Below are positions 58,456 through 64,000 of a DNA stretch of 64,000 bases, one piece after another. The stretch spans positions 8,337-72,336 of the forward strand of contig JBKQWB010000050.1 of the NCBI GenBank assembly GCA_052139735.1, read 5' to 3'. This DNA comes from Smithella sp. Lineage in GTDB: Bacteria; Desulfobacterota; Syntrophia; Syntrophales; Smithellaceae. Position 1 is the first letter of the stretch. Every line of letters starts with the position of its first letter. The position numbers and the translations under genes were made by a program. Below the pieces are notes generated by a model. The model did no database searches and was not told where the DNA came from. It saw nothing but the letters and a program-made list of their open reading frames with translations.

Positions 58456-59391
58456 TTACATACCTTTTTTCCCTCTTTTAATAAATTGTCCGGCAAAGCG
58501 GGCGATGCGCCGGTAAAGCGGAAGAGAAGAACTTATTTTTCCGAGAGACTCACGGGCAGCCGCCTCCCCCATTTTGACTAAATCACCGGTCCGGCTGAAG
58601 TCCATCCAGTGAAGATCTCCAACCACAGGGCGGATAATGACGTCCGCTTCCCTGAGTTCAGAATCTTCGAGCGCATTGGCTGTAATTTCTCCCGCCCGGT
58701 ATAAAACATCTTTAGCTGTTTCGATATCGACAGATGCCGACGGAGCGCGATCGACTATCACAGCAATGACAACGCCGGCTCCGGCCTCACGCGTCGCGCG
58801 AATGGGAACGATACTCGTAATACCGCCGTCAGCCAGAAGCCAATCTCCATGACGCACAGGAGCTACAGCTCCCGGAACCGAGCAACTCGCCAGCACAGCC
58901 TCACGAAGTGATCCTTCGGAAAAGACAATTTTTTCACCGGTTATCAGATCTGTGGATACGGCGCGAAAAGGAATTTTTGTTTCACGAATATCAATTTCCG
59001 GAAGAAAATAATTAATCAAAGATTGAAAATCATTGACGGGAAGTATGGATGGCCTGAAAAAGGCTTGAGCAAACCAGTAGCGATTCATGACATATGTTTT
59101 CGCCTTATTAAAGAAACTTTTGTTCTCCCGCGAAAACGCCATGCCGATTGACTTGATTGTTGAAGTGTTAAATTCGGGACTCAGGAGATAGGCTTCAATT
59201 TTATCCTGAATTTCCCGGGGTGACTGGCCGCTGGCGTAAGCGCCGCCTATCAATGCTCCGGCGCTTGTTCCCACAATCACGTCAATATCAATACCTTCCT
59301 CTTCCAGAACATTGAGGACACCAATATGGGAAAAGCCGCGGACACCGCCGCCGCCCAGGGCGAGACCAACTTTTTCCCCTGTCCATTTCAT
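58456..59391 (-). CDS. Patatin-like phospholipase
   Basis: 311 aa. GGGGVRG oxyanion loop, GTSAGA nucleophile elbow and DGG catalytic Asp motif. Confidence 0.85.
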   Translation of the reverse strand: MKWTGEKVGLALGGGGVRGFSHIGVLNVLEEEGIDIDVIVGTSAGALIGGAYASGQSPREIQDKIEAYLLSPEFNTSTIKSIGMAFSRENKSFFNKAKTYVMNRYWFAQAFFRPSILPVNDFQSLINYFLPEIDIRETKIPFRAVSTDLITGEKIVFSEGSLREAVLASCSVPGAVAPVRHGDWLLADGGITSIVPIRATREAGAGVVIAVIVDRAPSASVDIETAKDVLYRAGEITANALEDSELREADVIIRPVVGDLHWMDFSRTGDLVKMGEAAARESLGKISSSLPLYRRIARFAGQFIKRGKKGM

Positions 59392-59419
59392 AATATGCCT
59401 GCTATCATAACTGGTATAA

Positions 59420-60145
59420 CTATCCCATTATGCCCTCTTCGGCAAAACTGTAAAAAGTATCATCACCGATAATTATGTGGTCCAGCACTTTAATGTCCAT
59501 GAGTTTGCACGCAGCGGTAAGTTCTTGCGTAAATTTTTTATCCTCGTGGCTGGGCAATATGTTCGCGCTGGGATGATTGTGAACGCAGATAATCGCCGCC
59601 GCGAATTTTTGCAACGCTGCATGAACGATTTCCCGCACAATCGGCATGGCATGGTTGACCGTGCCTACAGCCGCATCACTGATCTCCATTATTTTATTGT
59701 TGCTGTTGAGACAGATAACTTTAAAAACTTCCGTTTTAAGATCGCGCATTTGCGGCATGATGATATTGACGATATCCCGGGCGGAAATAATCTTTGGCTT
59801 GCTTACGAGAATTTCAACTTCACGAAAACGCCGCCCTATTTCGAGAGCGGCGTGAATTTGCGCGATTTTAGCCGGTCCTAATCCCTTCAATTCTTTCCAC
59901 TGGCGCGTATCGGTATGGTTCATATTGCGGAAGGTGCCAAACTTATCCATAATCTGGCGCGCCAGATCAATGGCGCTTGCGCCCTTCACTCCGGTACGCA
60001 AAAGGATTGCCAGAAGCTCAGAATTGCTCAACGTTCCCGCGCCTTTCTTAAGAAGCTTTTCCCTGGGACGGTCGTCAGCGGGCCAGGCTTTTATTCCGGA
60101 TTTTTTATTTTCTTCGGTCATCATCACTTCATTCCCTTCGATCAC
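59420..60145 (-). CDS. radC: RadC-family (JAB/MPN domain) protein
   Basis: 241 aa. N-terminal HhH region (RPREKLLKKGAGTLSNSELLAILLRTG) and HNHPSA JAMM-like motif. The exact start is uncertain because there are several Met codons near the N-terminus. Confidence 0.85.
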   Translation of the reverse strand: MIEGNEVMMTEENKKSGIKAWPADDRPREKLLKKGAGTLSNSELLAILLRTGVKGASAIDLARQIMDKFGTFRNMNHTDTRQWKELKGLGPAKIAQIHAALEIGRRFREVEILVSKPKIISARDIVNIIMPQMRDLKTEVFKVICLNSNNKIMEISDAAVGTVNHAMPIVREIVHAALQKFAAAIICVHNHPSANILPSHEDKKFTQELTAACKLMDIKVLDHIIIGDDTFYSFAEEGIMG

Positions 60146-60418
60146 TCATTTGCCGGAATCCCGCCTTTGAAACTGTTTTTAAGGAATAACACAGCCTCAG
60201 ATCATCCGTCCCAAATTTTTTTTGTCAATGGAGTAAACCGATAAGACTTTATTTCCCGGTTAAAATGGCTATCTCCCAACGGAAACCAGGCAGTCTTTCA
60301 TTACTTATTTCTGCTAATGGCAGCCAACCTGGTCTGCAGATTGTTTATGCGTCAATGATTGTCATCAGAACCTGTATGGAAAGTCCCAGAAACTGGGCTT
60401 CCATAATTTATATGATCC

Positions 60419-62884
60419 TTATGCGGTCATTTCTTTTTTCTTAATTGTTTTGTCAATATGGACTATTTTTTTCTTTTTCATCATACTAACAGGATTACTC
60501 TTTTTAAACGGTGATTTGACTAATTTTTTCTTCTTGGCCGGCTCAAGGGCCAACCTTCCCACATCCATCATATCCGTAAGGAATTTAAACGAAATGCTTT
60601 TTTGCACATTTGACGGAAGATCTTCAATATCCTTTCGGTTCCATGCGGGCAGCAGGATGGTTGTGATTCCCGCCCGGTAAGCCGCCAGGACTTTTTCCTT
60701 GATGCCGCCAACCGGAAGCACAGCGCCGCGCAGTGTGATTTCTCCGGTCATAGCCAGATGCTTTTTAACCTTGCGGTTGGTCAGAAGCGACACAATCGCC
60801 GTTAACATCGTGACCCCGGCCGACGGACCATCCTTTGGAATCGCGCCCGCCGGTATATGGATATGAATATCCATCTCATCAAAGAATTCCGGTTTCACGC
60901 CAAGATCTCTGGCATTGGTGCGGATGAAACTCAGCGCCGCCGACGCCGACTCTTTCATGACATCGCCCAGTTGTCCGGTGAGCGTGAGCCCTCTCCTGCC
61001 CTTCATGGCTGTGGCTTCAATAAAAAGCATGTCGCCGCCAACCGGCGTCCAGGCCAGGCCGATGGCAATGCCGGGTTTGGTAATGCGCGCGTCAATATCG
61101 GTCGGAACGCGCTCCGTCCCCAGGTACCTGGGAATATCTTTATCCGTCAGTGTTTTGGATTTTATGATATTCTCGGCAATCTGAGCCGCCACGCCACGGC
61201 ATGCGCTGGCAATTTCTCTCTCCAAATTGCGCACGCCCGCTTCACGCGTGTAACCGGCGATAACTTTACTGAGCGCTTTGGCGGTCAATTTAAACTGCGC
61301 GGCAGTCAGTCCGTTTTCCGTCAATTGCCGCGGGATTAAATACCGTTCGGCGATTTTAACTTTTTCTTCCTGTGTGTAACCGGTCAACTCAATAACTTCC
61401 AGTCTGTCGAGCAGCGCGGGAGGAATGGAGTCTGTTATATTGGCCGTAGTGATAAACATGACATTGGAAAGATCAAACGGCACATCCAGATAATGATCGG
61501 AAAATGTATTATTCTGTTGAGGGTCTAAAACCTCCAGCAGAGCCGATGAGGGATCGCCACGAAAATCACTGCCGACCTTATCTATTTCATCAAGCATGAA
61601 CACGGGATTGTTCGATTCCGCGCGCCGCAGACTCTGAATAATCCGTCCGGGCAAAGCACCGATGTATGTTCGGCGATGACCGCGAATTTCGGCTTCATCA
61701 CGCACTCCGCCCAGTGATATGCGCGCAAATTTACGTCCAAGGGCGCGAGCTATGGAATGCCCCAGCGATGTTTTCCCCGTGCCCGGAGGTCCCACAAAGC
61801 AGAGAATCGGACCCTTCGAATCCGGTTTGAGTTTGCGCACGGATAGATATTCGATAATGCGTTTCTTTGGTTTGTTCAGCCCATAATGATCTTCATCCAG
61901 AATCTGGCGCGCTTTAGCAATATCCAGATTATCCGTGGTGGATTCATTCCAGGGGAGCGCCGTTATCCAATCCAGATAAGTTGAAGAGACCGTGTATTCC
62001 GCCGAAGAGGGACTCATATGGGACAAACGCTGCAGTTCTCTTAATGCTTCTTTCTGGGCTTCTTCGGGCAGATTTTTCTCCTCGATTTTTTTCCGGTATT
62101 CTTCTGTCTCCACGACGTTTTCTTCCGTTTCGCCCAGTTCCTGCCGGATAGCTTTCATTTGCTGGCGCAAATAGTAATCACGCTGGCTTTTATCAATATC
62201 GTCCTTCACTTTGCTCTCTATTTTATTGCCCAGTTCCAGAACATCCATCTGGTGATTGAGCAGACGGGTCAGCTCTTTAAGGCGCTCTTTCACATCGGTA
62301 ATGTCCAGCACTTTTTGTTTTTCTTCCAATGGAGCATTGATAATTGAAGCGATCAAATCGGCCAGAGTGCCCGCTTCGGCGATGGATTTGGCCATAGGGC
62401 CAAACTCCGGCGGCAAAAAAGGCGAGAGTTTTAATATGCGGTCAAACAACGACAGCAGGTTGGACATCAACGCTTCCGTTTCCAGATCCTTGACGTCTTG
62501 CTCCTGGATCAATTTAATGCGCGCCTGCTGATAGGGTTTGCCTTCGATAATTTCTTCTATAGAAAAACGGCTGACGCCCTGTAAAAGCATCTGCGTGTGG
62601 TTTTCCGCTGTTTTAGCCATCTTCATAATCACAGCACAGGTACCCACCTGATGCAGATCATCTATCGTATACTGTTTCGGTTTGTCCGGTTCTCTTTTAG
62701 ACATGATGAGACCAACCAGGCGGTCTCCTGTCATGGCTTCATCCACCAGCATTGAGGCTCCGCCTGTTACCTCAAGCGGAATCATGGTTTTGGGAAACAC
62801 GATCACATTATGTAATGGAAGAATGGGAATCACTTCCGGGATATTATAAGTATTTTTATTTTCTGGGACGTCTTGTTCCGTCAT
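60419..62884 (-). CDS. lon: ATP-dependent Lon protease
   Basis: 821 aa. LON N-domain, GPPGTGKTS Walker A and the proteolytic DGPSAG Ser motif. Confidence 0.97.
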   Translation of the reverse strand: MTEQDVPENKNTYNIPEVIPILPLHNVIVFPKTMIPLEVTGGASMLVDEAMTGDRLVGLIMSKREPDKPKQYTIDDLHQVGTCAVIMKMAKTAENHTQMLLQGVSRFSIEEIIEGKPYQQARIKLIQEQDVKDLETEALMSNLLSLFDRILKLSPFLPPEFGPMAKSIAEAGTLADLIASIINAPLEEKQKVLDITDVKERLKELTRLLNHQMDVLELGNKIESKVKDDIDKSQRDYYLRQQMKAIRQELGETEENVVETEEYRKKIEEKNLPEEAQKEALRELQRLSHMSPSSAEYTVSSTYLDWITALPWNESTTDNLDIAKARQILDEDHYGLNKPKKRIIEYLSVRKLKPDSKGPILCFVGPPGTGKTSLGHSIARALGRKFARISLGGVRDEAEIRGHRRTYIGALPGRIIQSLRRAESNNPVFMLDEIDKVGSDFRGDPSSALLEVLDPQQNNTFSDHYLDVPFDLSNVMFITTANITDSIPPALLDRLEVIELTGYTQEEKVKIAERYLIPRQLTENGLTAAQFKLTAKALSKVIAGYTREAGVRNLEREIASACRGVAAQIAENIIKSKTLTDKDIPRYLGTERVPTDIDARITKPGIAIGLAWTPVGGDMLFIEATAMKGRRGLTLTGQLGDVMKESASAALSFIRTNARDLGVKPEFFDEMDIHIHIPAGAIPKDGPSAGVTMLTAIVSLLTNRKVKKHLAMTGEITLRGAVLPVGGIKEKVLAAYRAGITTILLPAWNRKDIEDLPSNVQKSISFKFLTDMMDVGRLALEPAKKKKLVKSPFKKSNPVSMMKKKKIVHIDKTIKKKEMTA

Positions 62885-62930
62885 GATTACCTCCGGGTAT
62901 AGTCGTTAGAAATGAATCCGCCGCAATTTG

Positions 62931-63371
62931 CTACTTTTTTGAACCGATTGAGACGCGATGCGATGTGCTGGCCGGCAGTTTATTCATCCTCACCATTAAT
63001 ATGCCGTCGGCGTAAGAAGCCACCGCTGATTTTGCGTCCACCGGCGCGGGCAGCAAAACGTTCCTCTCGAAATGTCCGTGAAGAATTTCCGCCTGACAGT
63101 AACGCGCGTTATGTAAAAGATGAATCGCTTTACGAATACCGGCGATTCTAATTTGTTTTCTGTCCGCCTCGATATGCAAATCTTCCATTTTGAGTCCCGC
63201 CATATCAGCCAGCACTATAACTTCATCGACCGATTCGTAAACATCAACATTGGGACGCCAGATGCATTCGTAATTCTTGAAGGCCGGCCGCACCAGATGA
63301 AAAATCTCATCCGCAACTTTCTGAAATTCATCCTCAAAATTACTGCTGAAATTAATTTTTATGTAAGTCAT
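62931..63371 (-). CDS. Hsp20/alpha-crystallin small heat-shock protein
   Basis: 146 aa. WRPNVDVYESVDEVIVLADMAGLKMEDLHIE and DGILMVRMNK ACD motifs. It lies 46 nt upstream of lon. Confidence 0.85.
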   Translation of the reverse strand: MTYIKINFSSNFEDEFQKVADEIFHLVRPAFKNYECIWRPNVDVYESVDEVIVLADMAGLKMEDLHIEADRKQIRIAGIRKAIHLLHNARYCQAEILHGHFERNVLLPAPVDAKSAVASYADGILMVRMNKLPASTSHRVSIGSKK

Positions 63372-63408
63372 TTCCCACGCCTCTTGAATCAGTTCTTATG
63401 TTTGTTTC

Positions 63409-63437
63409 ATTATAATAACTCTATGACAACTTGTAAA
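63409..63437 (-). promoter_or_regulatory. Sigma70 consensus-like promoter (TTTACA-N17-TATAAT) for the hsp20-lon unit
   Basis: On the minus strand: TTTACAAGTTGTCATAGAGTTATTATAAT, about 38 nt upstream of the hsp20 ATG. Confidence 0.45.
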
Positions 63438-64000
63438 TACCTCTTTAAAAAATATTTATATTTTGAATAAATTTTATACTTCGGGTTGTATCTATCACAA
63501 ATAACCCGTATGAACATCTCATTTTAACATTTTTCTCTACGCAAAGCATTCTTAAACAATAAACCGGCTTTTGTGCATCCGGCTTATCGCGTCCCATGAG
63601 ACATGAAAAACAACCGCGGTCAAAACCACTATCGGAATATTTTTTTTGGTCATAACCATTGCACCTCTGGATTATTTCTTGATATCGTTTTCGCATGATA
63701 ATAAGCGGGATATCCTATCGCCAATGTGGCGTAAACCCGCCTGTTTTACGGAACACCAAGTTTTCTTTGCAACTTGCCGCTTTTGACAGGAATTTCTTTA
63801 TTGACGATGGATATACAAAGAAGTATGCCGCATGTCAATGAAATATCAATTATAAAATGCGGGACTTAATGAAGGGATTATTAAATATTGCGGCGGCGTG
63901 AATTCGTAGGCGGGCAAACCTCTTCACGAGCTATCGGGCAAGCCGGCGATTAAGGAATGATATAGTTCTGAAGAATCTTCAATAATCAGCCGCCGCAGTT

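Noticed and set aside
63445-63696. 83-aa Cys-rich minus-strand ORF upstream of hsp20
   Set aside because: It has no RBS or motif I recognise and lies just upstream of the predicted hsp20 promoter. It is left uncalled.

Overview
The window is a chromosomal segment with GC in roughly the low to mid 40s (eyeballed). Gene content points to a Gram-negative, possibly Desulfobacterota-like organism (inference only): LPS genes kdsD and lpxH, a membrane H+-pyrophosphatase, rpoH, clpB, lon, and a Dvulg-type I-C CRISPR repeat. Most of the window is housekeeping. It holds rimI; a Man-family PTS EIIA/EIIB/EIIC set; recD; an M50 protease; a TetR-controlled Fe-S/NMO operon; kdsD; lpxH; speB; pth-rplY-prs-tRNA(Gln)-ispE; clpB; rpoH; a 2905-aa cyclic beta-1,2-glucan synthase; dnaB-rplI-rpsR-rpsF; radC; and lon-hsp20. 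The accessory part is an 11.5-kb type I-C CRISPR-Cas island (14.2-25.6 kb) just downstream of the initiator tRNA-fMet. Its order is cas3-cas5-cas8c (with an internal cas11c start)-cas7-cas4-[fic]-cas1-cas2, followed by a leader and 24 identical 32-bp repeats. Four observations in the island stand out. (1) An auto-inhibited class II Fic gene with a C-terminal wHTH sits between cas4 and cas1. (2) Near-identical 42-bp direct repeats built from iterated TTAGGTAAT cores bracket cas4-fic and touch the cas4 and cas1 start codons. (3) A 33-codon relic of a second cas3 5' end lies directly upstream of the intact cas3. (4) The effector module looks AT-richer than the adaptation module, which suggests module replacement. 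Outside the island, other candidates are a HEAT / HD-GYP / TPR-lipoprotein / divergent class III cyclase cluster behind a near-consensus promoter and a type IV pilin relic. There are also a hairpin-rich 204-bp element whose 20-bp inverted arms duplicate the last codons of the neighbouring gene, a 126-bp palindromic element between cgs and dnaB, and a diadenylate cyclase with a pyruvate-kinase-C-like domain co-oriented with clpB. All calls come from reading the sequence and ORF translations by eye; no database searches were run.
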